NCBI GenBank assembly: GCA_046485135.1
Contig: JAWOHN010000140.1
Location: forward strand, 1,478-65,477
Length of the DNA stretch: 64,000 bases
DNA from: Anaerolineales bacterium
GTDB lineage: Bacteria; Chloroflexota; Anaerolineae; Anaerolineales; UBA4823
Direction: 5' to 3'
Shown: in pieces, positions 9,070-18,873 of the stretch
Numbering within the stretch: position 1 is the first letter of the stretch
How the letters are laid out: each line of letters opens with the position of its first letter
Made by a program: the position numbers and the translations under genes
The notes under the pieces: model-generated
What the model saw: only the letters and a program-made list of their open reading frames with translations
The model's database searches: none
What the model was told of the DNA's origin: nothing

Positions 9070-10380
9070 ATGCCCCTCAACATCATTGTTGGCGCACAGT
9101 GGGGTGACGAAGGCAAAGGTCGCGTTGTAGACCTCTTGGCTGCAAATGCTGATTATGTGGCCCGCTATAATGGGGGGGACAATGCTGGGCACACCGTTAC
9201 GGTTGGCAAGAAAACCTTTAAACTTCACTTGATTCCTTCTGGAATTATCCACCTTCACCCAATCGCTGTCATCGGGAATGGCGTTGTGGTCAATCCTGAC
9301 ACCTTGTTAGCGGAAATTGACACCCTGGCGGAAGCTGGCATTGATGTAAAGCCGGACCGCTTGCGGATTTCTCATGCATCCCATATGATTACCCCCGCCC
9401 ACCTTGCTTTGGATAGAGCCCAAGAATCCGCCCGAGGAAAATCAAAAATTGGCACCACCCAACGCGGTATTGGCCCAGTTTATGTTGATAAAGTCGCCCG
9501 GCGAGGGTTGCGCTTGGAGACCATGCTCTACCCTGATCAGTTTTTGGATGCTCTTAGGCATTTGGTCTTGGATATTAATCAGCAATTGATCCGATTATAC
9601 GAAGCAGAGCCGCTGGATGTTGCGAAAATCTTACAGGAAGCAACAGAACAAACCCGGCGTCTAGCCCCTTATATTGGTGATGTTTCCAGCTTGCTGACTG
9701 ATGCGTTAAAGAGCGGTCGCCACGTGCTGGCAGAGGGCGCTCAAGGAACCTTGTTGGATCTGGACCACGGCACGTATCCCTTTGTGACCAGCTCAACACC
9801 CACGGCGCCTGGCGCTTTGGTTGGGTTGGGTCTGGGTCTGGGATATGAGGAGCGGGTTATTGCGGTTACTAAATCCTTTCAAACCCGGGTCGGAGAAGGC
9901 TCATTCCCAACCGAGCTCTCTGGAGAACTTGCCACTCGATTGAGAGGCAGTGGGGAAAACCCCTGGGATGAATTTGGCACAACCACCGGGCGGCCGCGAC
10001 GAGTGGGTTGGTTGGATTTGGTTCTATTGCGTTATGCAGCCCGAATTAACGGACTGACCGAGCTGGCGCTGACCAAACTGGATGTTCTGAGTGGATTGGA
10101 GACCATCTGCCTGTGCAATGAGTACCGGTACAAAGGAGATGCGGGTGATGGGAAAAAGGTGATTCGCGATTTACCCTCCGGACCCGGGAACCTCGACCGT
10201 TTTGAACCAGTGTACGAAGAGCTGCCCGGTTGGAGCGAAGATCTACGCTCTGCGCGGCATTGGGAAGACCTGCCCAAGACGACCCGAGCATATATTCTTC
10301 GTATTGAGGAACTTTGTGGAATACCGGTGCGATTAGTGTCCGTGGGTCCAGAGCGGAACCAAATCGTGGAAATCAGTTGA
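9070..10380 (+). CDS. purA: Adenylosuccinate synthase
   Basis: VGAQWGDEGKGRVVDLLA, GGDNAGHTV, TTQRGIGPVY signatures; 436 aa. Confidence 0.95.
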   Translation: MPLNIIVGAQWGDEGKGRVVDLLAANADYVARYNGGDNAGHTVTVGKKTFKLHLIPSGIIHLHPIAVIGNGVVVNPDTLLAEIDTLAEAGIDVKPDRLRISHASHMITPAHLALDRAQESARGKSKIGTTQRGIGPVYVDKVARRGLRLETMLYPDQFLDALRHLVLDINQQLIRLYEAEPLDVAKILQEATEQTRRLAPYIGDVSSLLTDALKSGRHVLAEGAQGTLLDLDHGTYPFVTSSTPTAPGALVGLGLGLGYEERVIAVTKSFQTRVGEGSFPTELSGELATRLRGSGENPWDEFGTTTGRPRRVGWLDLVLLRYAARINGLTELALTKLDVLSGLETICLCNEYRYKGDAGDGKKVIRDLPSGPGNLDRFEPVYEELPGWSEDLRSARHWEDLPKTTRAYILRIEELCGIPVRLVSVGPERNQIVEIS

Positions 10381-10384
10381 GATC

Positions 10385-11155
10385 ATGAAATTAGCATCTT
10401 ATTTGTTATTATTGGTGATTACCAGCGCCTGTACAGTAGCTTCCGGCGAAGGGATAATTCCCACGGACACCCCGTTCCCAGTCACTTTCACACCTGAGCC
10501 GACCACGACGCCAACAATTGTTTGGTTCCCTCCCACTGCGACCTTCACACCTTATCCAACCCCGGTAATTACTCCGACACCAGACCTTTTGGATGGAATT
10601 GGCAGGACATTGCTAGAAGATGATTTCTCCACCGCAGAAATGTGGTCGTTGACCTCCAACCCCGAAGGAGGAATTGCGCTAAGTAAGAATGAGCTGACCA
10701 TAGCCATCAAAGGTGGCAAGGCGTATTTTTTCAGTGTAAGAGAGGAACCGGTCTTAAGCGATTTTTATGCTGAAATCACTGCCAGCCCAAATTTATGCAA
10801 GGGTTCAGATGAATATGGTTTACTGCTGCGCGTCTCGGAGTCAGGGGACTATTATCGTTTCTCGCTTTCTTGCGACTCGCAGGTGCGTCTGGACCGCATC
10901 ATCGGATCCATTGCTTCTTCACCTCAGCCCTGGGTGTTAAGTGGAGACGTCCCACCTGGAGCGCCCAGCATATCGCGGTTGGGTGTGCGCGCACAGGGCA
11001 GCGAGATGCGTTTCTTTGTAAATGGACAGCACCAATTCACCGTTGTTGATCCCATGTTAGCCAACGGTCGCCTGGGGATCTTTGCTCGCTCAACTGGATC
11101 GAACGCCGTGACGATTAACTTCTCAGACCTGGTCATTCGGGCCCTGGAAGAATAA
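10385..11155 (+). CDS. Lipoprotein with P/T-rich linker and a beta-sandwich (LamG/DUF1080-like, tentative) domain
   Basis: Lipobox LVITSAC, linker TPFPVTFTPEPTTTPT, C-terminal GRLGIFARSTGSNAVTINFSDLVI. Confidence 0.55.
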   Translation: MKLASYLLLLVITSACTVASGEGIIPTDTPFPVTFTPEPTTTPTIVWFPPTATFTPYPTPVITPTPDLLDGIGRTLLEDDFSTAEMWSLTSNPEGGIALSKNELTIAIKGGKAYFFSVREEPVLSDFYAEITASPNLCKGSDEYGLLLRVSESGDYYRFSLSCDSQVRLDRIIGSIASSPQPWVLSGDVPPGAPSISRLGVRAQGSEMRFFVNGQHQFTVVDPMLANGRLGIFARSTGSNAVTINFSDLVIRALEE

Positions 11156-11187
11156 CTCCTCTGTACGACACCATTCTCCTTTGATCG

Positions 11188-12021
11188 ATGAAAAAACGCA
11201 CCTACCACAATCGCCTTAACGACCTGACTCCAAAGGACTGGCTAAAATTTCAAAAGTCCTGGTTCATGCATAATCCACCGCCTCGCCAAAAAGAAGTTCT
11301 GCGCCACCCGGCAAAATTTCCAGAGACATTGGCTCAGGAATTTATCGAATTTTTTACCAAACGAGACCAAACCGTGCTTGACCCAATGGTTGGCACAGGC
11401 AGCACACTGGTGGCTGCCTTACGCGCCGGTCGTCACAGTTATGGCATCGAACTCAATCCAGCCTATGCGAACATCGCTCGCCAGGTGGTGGAGGAGGAAC
11501 GCCAATCTATTGGCCAAGACGCAGCCAGCCTTGTCGCAGAGGTCATCACGGCTGACGCTGCTGATTTTGAAAAATATGCTTCCAAGCTGAATATTCCCCC
11601 CATCGATTATGTGATCACTTCTCCCCCATATTGGGATATGCTACGGTCTCGCGGGGCACAAACCCAAAAAAAGCGCCGGGGCGAGGCAGAGATGGACGTA
11701 TTTTATTCAGACGACCCTAATGACATCGGAAACATCCCAGATTATGAGATATTCTTGGATCGTTTGGTGAGCATCTATGCAGGCTTGAAGCCATTCTTAC
11801 AGCCGCGAGCTTACTTGACGATTATTGTAAAGAATGTAAAAAAAGGCGGGGTAGTCTATCCCTTGGCCTGGGATTTGGGCAGGCAGCTTGGCCAGATATA
11901 CCGGATGAAAGACGAGAAAATATGGTGCCAGGATGACATCCGTCTAGCACCCTACGGTCTGGGCAGCGCTTGGGTCAGTAATACCTTTCACCACTACTGT
12001 CTCCAATTCCGAAATGAATAA
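11188..12021 (+). CDS. DNA N4/N6 amino-methyltransferase with permuted motif order
   Basis: HPAKFPETLAQEFI...VLDPMVGTGSTLVAALRAGR (motif X/I, AdoMet site) lies N-terminal to DYVITSPPYWD (motif IV, SPPY). Confidence 0.8.
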   Translation: MKKRTYHNRLNDLTPKDWLKFQKSWFMHNPPPRQKEVLRHPAKFPETLAQEFIEFFTKRDQTVLDPMVGTGSTLVAALRAGRHSYGIELNPAYANIARQVVEEERQSIGQDAASLVAEVITADAADFEKYASKLNIPPIDYVITSPPYWDMLRSRGAQTQKKRRGEAEMDVFYSDDPNDIGNIPDYEIFLDRLVSIYAGLKPFLQPRAYLTIIVKNVKKGGVVYPLAWDLGRQLGQIYRMKDEKIWCQDDIRLAPYGLGSAWVSNTFHHYCLQFRNE

Positions 12022-12049
12022 TTACTGATTCCGTGTTAGCCCGGTTGAT

Positions 12050-13036
12050 ATGTTATCCGCAGATGATCTGATCCTTCTCCCCTACACTCCCGATCTGACT
12101 CAAGCGGGAATTGCCTATGCTTGCCGGGTATTGCCAGATCTTACAGGGCATTCTTCACCGGGCATCTTCCCTCGCCTGCGCCAGATTGTAATAGAGCAAG
12201 CTGCCGAGTTAGCTTTCAGGCGGCACCTTTCAGAGCAGAATATTCCTCATCATTTGGCAACCAGCAGGTTTTCTACTGGTTCTGGCAGAGCCTGTGCTGT
12301 TTTCGGTGGGCGATATTGTGATGTGCACAGTACAGAAATTTTGCGGAAAGGGATTATCCACCAGCTTAACCAAAATCCTGCACCTATCCTTTCAGCCTCA
12401 GCACTGGTTCCACTTGATGAACTCTCCTCTGAGCAACGCTCTGGCTCAGACCTGTTAATTTTTTCCTTTGTAACAGCTTTGGTCACCCCTAATCTCACCG
12501 AGATAAAAAGGGCTGCCTGTGCTGGACAACCTCTGTACCTTCTCTACCTGCTTCCACCGATCTGGTTGCGCCGTTCAGGCTGGGTAGATTTGGGTCAAGT
12601 GGTCTTAAAGTCAGAAGCAGATCTGCCGCTTACCGTAACCATCGCTGGTCAGGCTGAGGACCGTGCCTACCATACAGAAGAAATGGTTTTGCCGCCTCTT
12701 TGTAGAATCAAAGCCCCCAGCATCTTCTATTCCCTGACATATCTTCATCTGACCAACATCCCTTCAGCTCGGCTGGGAATTCACAGTTCAAAACTGGGCA
12801 AAACGATCATCATCCGACCTTATGAGTGGGGAAATATCTGGGTCTACGGAATGCAGGTTTACCTTGCCGGTTGGATCACCCGGAAAGAATTCTGTCGACT
12901 CGCCTCTCCGAACCAGCCCAAGCGTACTGGTTGGCAGCCCGACCCACCATCCAACCGGTATTTATCCCTACCGGTATCTGAACTGCGCCCATTGAATGAG
13001 CTTTTTTCCAAAGCTGTTGATTGGGTTGAGCGCTAA
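12050..13036 (+). CDS. Hypothetical protein; candidate cognate restriction endonuclease
   Basis: 28 nt downstream of the methyltransferase, same strand; no family recognised. One D-x16-E-x-K string (SDLLIFSFVTALVTPNLTEIK) compatible with PD-(D/E)XK. Confidence 0.3.
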   Translation: MLSADDLILLPYTPDLTQAGIAYACRVLPDLTGHSSPGIFPRLRQIVIEQAAELAFRRHLSEQNIPHHLATSRFSTGSGRACAVFGGRYCDVHSTEILRKGIIHQLNQNPAPILSASALVPLDELSSEQRSGSDLLIFSFVTALVTPNLTEIKRAACAGQPLYLLYLLPPIWLRRSGWVDLGQVVLKSEADLPLTVTIAGQAEDRAYHTEEMVLPPLCRIKAPSIFYSLTYLHLTNIPSARLGIHSSKLGKTIIIRPYEWGNIWVYGMQVYLAGWITRKEFCRLASPNQPKRTGWQPDPPSNRYLSLPVSELRPLNELFSKAVDWVER

Positions 13037-13842
13037 CCCACCGTTTTATCATTCCCCCAAATCACATCCAGCATTTCTTTTTGAATAGCCGGGGTACAGG
13101 CAAGGATGGAGTGTGGTGGGTTGAGAACCTTTGCATCTCCCCTCAAATTTGTCACCAGGGCCCCAGCTTCTTTGGCAATCAAGGCGCCTGCAGCAATATC
13201 CCAGGGAAAAAGCTCCAACTCCCAATACCCGTCCAATCGTCCAGCAGCAACAAAACACAAATCTAATGCAGCCGACCCAAGCCGGCGAACTGCACGAGCA
13301 CGGGTAGAGAACTTAGCAAAATTATCTATATTATTGGCTTCGATCTTCCGGATATCATAAGAAAAACCTGTCACCAGCAAACTTTCGTTCAGGTTTGCGG
13401 CAGATGAGACTCGAATGGGATCGCCATTCAAGAAAGCACCTTTCCCTTGCACAGCTGTAAAACACTCATCCCGTAACGGATCGTACACTACTCCCAATTT
13501 CGTCTCCCCATCCTCAACATAAGCCAGTGAAACACAAAACAGGGGCAGACCGTGGATATAGTTGATCGTACCATCAAGGGGATCTACATACCAAACGCAG
13601 CAATCCTTATGTTTTTCCCCGCCACTTTCCTCGGAGATGATACTATCCTGGGGAAATTCGGATCGAATCCGGTCCAATATCAATTTTTCAGCCCGCAAAT
13701 CGATCTCAGAAACCAGATCAATGGCTCCTTTATATTTAACCTGTAAGGCATTTCGGTATCCTGGTCGTGGGTTGTAACCAGAACGAATAATTTCCCCGGC
13801 CTCTCGTGCCAGGGATTCTAAAAATGAGATTGTATGTTCCAT
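13033..13842 (-). CDS. suhB: Inositol monophosphatase family protein
   Basis: EESG, WYVDPLDGTINYIHG, WDIAAG motifs. Confidence 0.88.
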   Translation of the reverse strand: MEHTISFLESLAREAGEIIRSGYNPRPGYRNALQVKYKGAIDLVSEIDLRAEKLILDRIRSEFPQDSIISEESGGEKHKDCCVWYVDPLDGTINYIHGLPLFCVSLAYVEDGETKLGVVYDPLRDECFTAVQGKGAFLNGDPIRVSSAANLNESLLVTGFSYDIRKIEANNIDNFAKFSTRARAVRRLGSAALDLCFVAAGRLDGYWELELFPWDIAAGALIAKEAGALVTNLRGDAKVLNPPHSILACTPAIQKEMLDVIWGNDKTVG

Positions 13843-13979
13843 GTTTTACCTCAAGGATGAAGCCTGCGCAAAAAGGGGTAATTCCCCCAGTTCCCGGGCA
13901 TCTCCGGTTGAGCTGTGAAACTCTTAGTTAAAACTGTTAATCCCCAGACCAATCACGGTTAATTGCACCGCTAAATAGG

Positions 13980-14597
13980 TTAATTCTTATTCAATAGCTT
14001 GAAAAGCTCGCTGAGCTCTAATTGGATTTCTTTTTGGTGCAGATAAGCTTCTTCTAAAAGCGTTTCGAAGGCCGGCTTCTGAGAGGCTGGTACGGTTAGC
14101 AGAAGCCTCTCCGTGCGCGCAATTTGGGCATTTTTATGGCGCAGCTTCGCCTCCAACCGTTCTCGGTAGCCATGGTAAAACTGGAGTTCGCTCAAGGGAT
14201 CGGGTTGAGATAAAGGCAAAGAGGTCAATATTTCCGCAATGGTTAGTAAGAATTCCTCTGTATCAACCGGCTTTTCCAAAAAGCGGACTGCTCCAAGACT
14301 GAGCGCAAAGGCTTTATCTTCTGGTGTGACATAAGTTGCCGACAAAAATACAATCGGAATATGCCGGGTAGCTGGTTGGGTTCGAAGCTTATAAGCCATG
14401 GTATAGCCATCCATCCTTGGCATCAAGATATCGCTGATCACCACGGAAGGGTAGCGGGTATAGACCAATTCCAAGGCTTCCTGACCATTCCGGGCAGTAA
14501 GGACTGAATAGCCATGAAAGCTCAGCGTCACTTCTAAGAGCTCCAAAACGTTCGGCATATCTTCAACCACAAGTAGAGGACCAAGTGTCGCTTCCAT
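13980..14597 (-). CDS. Response regulator receiver protein with coiled-coil C-terminus (no DNA-binding domain seen)
   Basis: Start reset to MEATLGPLLVVEDMP, because the track N-terminal extension overlaps the HD gene. DILMPRMDG phospho-acceptor region and a REC-typical conserved Lys. Confidence 0.8.
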   Translation of the reverse strand: MEATLGPLLVVEDMPNVLELLEVTLSFHGYSVLTARNGQEALELVYTRYPSVVISDILMPRMDGYTMAYKLRTQPATRHIPIVFLSATYVTPEDKAFALSLGAVRFLEKPVDTEEFLLTIAEILTSLPLSQPDPLSELQFYHGYRERLEAKLRHKNAQIARTERLLLTVPASQKPAFETLLEEAYLHQKEIQLELSELFKLLNKN

Positions 14598-14718
14598 AAG
14601 GATAATTTTAGCCCCGAAGACAGAACAGAGCAAGTCACAGAATTGTAAGGAAGCGCGCAAAGGTTGTTGCCGAATTCTAGGCCACGAAATTGTAAGAGGG
14701 ATCTGAAGTAAGAGGAGT

Positions 14719-15360
14719 TTATATATCGCCTTGAATTTCTGCTGGTAAGCGAGTGAAAAACTCCTCCAAGAAGCGGTGACGATCTTCTGCCAGCGCTCGA
14801 GCAGTGGCTGTATGCAAGCGATCTTTAATCTTGCGCAACTTGAAAAGATACTCGTGGTATGAGCTGTGGGCTTCGCCGTCAATTTTTTGACCTGTCTGCA
14901 AAAATTGCTCAGACGGTTCAGCGTAAATCGGTTGTCCAACAACCACATCGAATGCAATTGTGCGAGCAATACCAATCGCTCCGATCACATCTAGTTTGTC
15001 TGAGTCAAATAAAACTTTGGCCTCCAAGGTCTGTGGTTGCTCTGATTCGTCTCGGAACCGGTGAGCTCTAATGCAGTGCTCCACCTGGGCAATGCGCTCT
15101 TCCTGCCAGCCCTCAGCCTGGAGGATCTGCCGGGCAAATTCGGCAGAGGCCTGGTGGTGCTCGAGACGTCCCTCGTCTCCTCCCATCGTTGCACTGCCCT
15201 CTGCATCATGCAATAAAGCCGCCGCGCGGACGATTTCTACATCGGCGCCTTCGGCCAGAGCAATCTTTTCTGCAAGACGATACACTCGCAAGACGTGGTC
15301 GAAGCCATGAACAGGGTCAGAGTTGTCATACCAGGTTTGGGCAGTGTCAATTGTCGGCAT
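14719..15360 (-). CDS. HD-domain metal-dependent phosphohydrolase
   Basis: HGFDHVLRV...LLHDAEG (H..HD) motif. Confidence 0.8.
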   Translation of the reverse strand: MPTIDTAQTWYDNSDPVHGFDHVLRVYRLAEKIALAEGADVEIVRAAALLHDAEGSATMGGDEGRLEHHQASAEFARQILQAEGWQEERIAQVEHCIRAHRFRDESEQPQTLEAKVLFDSDKLDVIGAIGIARTIAFDVVVGQPIYAEPSEQFLQTGQKIDGEAHSSYHEYLFKLRKIKDRLHTATARALAEDRHRFLEEFFTRLPAEIQGDI

Positions 15361-15390
15361 ATTCGCCTGTTTCTCCTTAATCCCTTTAAT

Positions 15391-15588
15391 TCAAGAGCCA
15401 GCCATCCATTGCATAAATACCAGCGCTAACCCTAAAAATAGGATCGCTCCACAACCAAACATAAATATTCGCGTGGTGATCCTTAAAATCAAACGCAAAA
15501 CAAACCATGCCGCCAGCAAAATTACAACATAGATGGCAATTTGCTGAAGTTGATCGAAGGTAACCGCCAGAATAGAATACATACTCAT
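15391..15588 (-). CDS. Small two-TM membrane protein
   Basis: 65 aa, two hydrophobic helices; ATGA overlap with hutI stop suggests translational coupling. Confidence 0.45.
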   Translation of the reverse strand: MSMYSILAVTFDQLQQIAIYVVILLAAWFVLRLILRITTRIFMFGCGAILFLGLALVFMQWMAGS

Positions 15589-16841
15589 CCTTTCACTGGA
15601 TAAACCCGTCCCTTCTTAATCACCGTTTCTACCAGGTTTGTTCCGAAACGATAACCCAGATGCCGGTAATCCGGAACTTTGAGGACCAATAGATCCGCCT
15701 GCTTACCGACCTCGATCGATCCAACTCGATCGGAGCGGCGAATTGCAGCCGCAGCGTTGATTGTAGCAGCAGCAATGGCTTGGGCAGGGGTGATTCTCAT
15801 GTAACGGCAGGCCAACGCAATTGCAAATTGCATACTTCCGCACCAGGCAGTCCCAGGATTTATATCCGTTGCCAGCGCCAGAATACCGCCAGACTCCAGA
15901 ATTTGACCTGCAGGAGTATATTCTGTTTCAGCCAATCCAAAGGGTGTACAAGGCAAGCCAACTGCCACCGTCTCACTTTGCCCCAGGGCTTGGATATCGT
16001 CTTTGGAAGTCTTGACCAGATGATCTGCGGACGCTGCGCCAAACTCAGCTGCCAGGCTGGCCCCACCCAGGTTATCAAACTCATCTGCATGAATTTTCAG
16101 AGGGAAGCCTAATTGCTTAGCCACATCCAATATCCGCCGAGATTGATCCAGGCTAAATGCTCCAGTCTCACAAAACACATCTACAAAAGGCAACTGTTCT
16201 TCAGGAGCATGCGATTGCCACCATTGAAATACCGCTGGCAGCATTTGGCTGCAGATATATTCGGTATATCCCTCCGAGTTATCCTTATACTCGGGAGGGA
16301 TTGCATGAGCGCCCATAAAAGTGATGGCGATATCTTGAGGTCCTTCTTGGTCAAGAACGCGCAAAGCTTTTAACATGCGCAGCTCAGCTGCAGTTTGCAA
16401 GCCATAGCCAGTTTTTATCTCGACTGTGGTTGTCCCATGAGTAAACATGTCCAATAGTCGCGGCCGGGTCTCTTGTAACAGTTTATCCAGCGCAGCGTCT
16501 CGGGTGGCCTGGACAGTTGATAGAATCCCGCCTCCCCCAGCTAGAATTTCCAGGTAAGTCTTCCCCTCCAGGCGCATTTCAAATTCCGCAGAGCGATCAC
16601 CGGACCACAACGCATGGGTGTGGGGATCGACAAAGCCCGGCATAACCACACGCCCGGTTGCATCCAGACCAGGTTCATCTGGATATGCTGATCGTAATTC
16701 TTGGCTGGTTCCAACCGCGGCAATCATGCCATCCTCAATGAGAACAGCCCCATCCGGGATGAGTTGCAAATTGCCAAGATCTTTCCCACGCTGGGGAGGG
16801 CCGGCGAGGGTGAGGAGTTGTTTGGCGGAGTGGATTATCAT
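15585..16841 (-). CDS. hutI: Imidazolonepropionase (amidohydrolase superfamily)
   Basis: GFVDPHTH, YLEILAGGGGILSTVQATR, HADE and ATDINPG motifs. Confidence 0.85.
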   Translation of the reverse strand: MIIHSAKQLLTLAGPPQRGKDLGNLQLIPDGAVLIEDGMIAAVGTSQELRSAYPDEPGLDATGRVVMPGFVDPHTHALWSGDRSAEFEMRLEGKTYLEILAGGGGILSTVQATRDAALDKLLQETRPRLLDMFTHGTTTVEIKTGYGLQTAAELRMLKALRVLDQEGPQDIAITFMGAHAIPPEYKDNSEGYTEYICSQMLPAVFQWWQSHAPEEQLPFVDVFCETGAFSLDQSRRILDVAKQLGFPLKIHADEFDNLGGASLAAEFGAASADHLVKTSKDDIQALGQSETVAVGLPCTPFGLAETEYTPAGQILESGGILALATDINPGTAWCGSMQFAIALACRYMRITPAQAIAAATINAAAAIRRSDRVGSIEVGKQADLLVLKVPDYRHLGYRFGTNLVETVIKKGRVYPVKG

Positions 16842-17028
16842 ATGATTTATTGAGTATCAGCACCTATTTGGATTTGGTTTTCACCTGCAGCGGCTGCCCA
16901 GGCGCCGTTGTTGGTCTCGCCCGATTATGCCATGGATGAAGCGGTTTGGCAAATACAGCTAGAAGCAAATAAGCCAGCCTATCAGGCCGGCTACTCAGGT
17001 AAAATATTGAGATATAGGAGGAAACATA

Positions 17029-18480
17029 ATGGAAAACTCATACAGGATTGAACGCGACTCGCTGGGCGAAATTCAGGTCCCTGTGAACGCACTTTACGGG
17101 GCCCAGACAGCCAGAGCTAAAGAAAATTTTCCGATCTCCGGATTACGCCCCTGGAGCGCATTTATCTGGTCTATGGCGACAATCAAACGCGCCGCCGCTG
17201 AAGTCCACCTGCAGCTAGGGTTATTGGATGCTGAACGAGCCAACGCGATTGCGCAGGCTGCTCAGGAAGTCATCGATGGGCGCTGGGACGACCAATTTGT
17301 CGTGGACCCATTCCAGGCTGGGGCAGGTACAAGTCACAATATGAACATTAACGAAGTTATTGCCAACCGCGCCACCCAGATTCTGGGTGGGAAACTCGGA
17401 GAGTATCTGGTCCACCCCAACGACCATGTCAACATGGCTCAATCCACCAACGACACCATACCAACCGCTATCCGGCTGGGAGTTCTTTGGCGGCTTAACG
17501 AATTGTTGGGAACTGTAGAAGGTCTGGCGGCTGCTTTACGAGAGAAAGCCTCCGAATTCGATGATATTGTTAAATCAGGACGCACACACCTACAAGACGC
17601 AGTTCCAATCCGCTTGGGGCAAGAATTCGGTGCGTATGCCAGGGCAGTAGCCCGCGATTCTGAGCGCATCAGCCGTTCCGCAGAAGGATTACGCCGGCTG
17701 GGAATCGGTGGGACAGCTACCGGGACCGGACTTAACGCCCATCCAGAATATCACCAGCGGATGATTGTGCGCCTATGCGAGCTGACTGGCCTGACCTTAT
17801 ACGAGTCAAATGACCTGATTGAATCAATGCAATCCATGGCCGATCCAGCCGATTTTTCAGCCTCACTGCGCACTTTAGCCATCACCCTGACCCGTATTGC
17901 CAATGATTTCCGCCTGCTATCCTCCGGTCCTGCCACCGGGCTAGACGAGATCCGCCTGCCAGCCCTTCAGCCAGGTTCGAGCATTATGCCCGGAAAAGTT
18001 AACCCGGTTATGGCAGAGATGCTGAATATGGCCATGTTCCATGTGCAGGGATGCGATCATACGGTTGCCCTGGCAACCCAAGCGGGTCAATTAGAGCTGA
18101 ATGTGATGATGCCCATCATTGCTCATAACCTCTTTGAAAGTATGCAAGTCATCATCGGGTCGGTAAAGGCTTTTACTGAAAAAGCAGTGCGTGGGCTGCA
18201 AGCAAATCGCGAGAAAGCTGAAGGATGGTTAGCCAAAAATGCTATTGTTGTGACCGCGCTGAATCCCATTATTGGCTACTCGGCGGGTGCAGCTTTGGTA
18301 AAAGAGGCGCTTACTCACGGTCTCACCATTCGCGAGCTGGCATTGGAAAAAGCAAGCCGGGGCGAATTAGTCCATATTATTCAAAAACGTCCAGTGACTA
18401 CGGAAGAAATTGGAGCAGCCCTCAGCGACTTACGGCGTTTGACTGAAGGTGGTATTGTGGGTGGTAGTGTTGGAGGATGA
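17029..18480 (+). CDS. Class II fumarase/aspartase-family lyase (aspartate ammonia-lyase-like)
   Basis: GSSIMPGKVNP signature, TGTGLNAH, 483 aa; aspartase versus fumarase not resolvable by eye. Confidence 0.85.
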   Translation: MENSYRIERDSLGEIQVPVNALYGAQTARAKENFPISGLRPWSAFIWSMATIKRAAAEVHLQLGLLDAERANAIAQAAQEVIDGRWDDQFVVDPFQAGAGTSHNMNINEVIANRATQILGGKLGEYLVHPNDHVNMAQSTNDTIPTAIRLGVLWRLNELLGTVEGLAAALREKASEFDDIVKSGRTHLQDAVPIRLGQEFGAYARAVARDSERISRSAEGLRRLGIGGTATGTGLNAHPEYHQRMIVRLCELTGLTLYESNDLIESMQSMADPADFSASLRTLAITLTRIANDFRLLSSGPATGLDEIRLPALQPGSSIMPGKVNPVMAEMLNMAMFHVQGCDHTVALATQAGQLELNVMMPIIAHNLFESMQVIIGSVKAFTEKAVRGLQANREKAEGWLAKNAIVVTALNPIIGYSAGAALVKEALTHGLTIRELALEKASRGELVHIIQKRPVTTEEIGAALSDLRRLTEGGIVGGSVGG

Positions 18481-18501
18481 TGTGCTTGAATGTCACTCCT
18501 T

Positions 18502-18828
18502 TTATTGGCAATCAGCTAACCCTTCTGGGTTTTTCATTATGGACAAGTAACGGGAGAGACCATTTAGACTTCTGGCAACAATTACTAAGAAAATCAAAAT
18601 AACGACGAGATATACCAGAGGGACTGTCAAGGACCCAATCAGTAAAGGGAACCAGCGCAGCCCCCATTCTGTGTTCCAAGCGCCAAACCCGGTCGTCATC
18701 CATTGAAGAATGGTATTCAAAGGTGGATGGGGATCGCTCAGACTATTAAGCAATATTGTTGGTAAACCCTGTGCTTTTGCAACACCTTCAGTACGAAAGT
18801 GTCCGATAAAGTATTTCCGTTGGCTGTC
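18502..18828 (-). pseudogene. Possible remnant of the N-terminus of a GT-C (PMT_2/ArnT-like) glycosyltransferase
   Basis: Stop-to-stop frame reads ...EGVAKAQGLPTILLNSLSDPHPPLNTILQWMTTGFGAWNTEWGLRWFPLLIGSLTVPLVYL. This resembles the HPPL...FG...R.P.al.G.ltv.l.y N-terminal block of roughly 500-aa GT39/83 enzymes, but ends after about 100 codons. Confidence 0.35.
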
Positions 18829-18873
18829 TCATTCCCAAATTTTTGCTAAAGTGTGATTTTCCTAAGCCGCAGC

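Noticed and set aside
14598-14975. N-terminal 126-aa extension of the response-regulator ORF
   Set aside because: It overlaps the 3' end of the HD-domain gene and has no REC similarity. The REC domain begins right after the internal Met at 14597.
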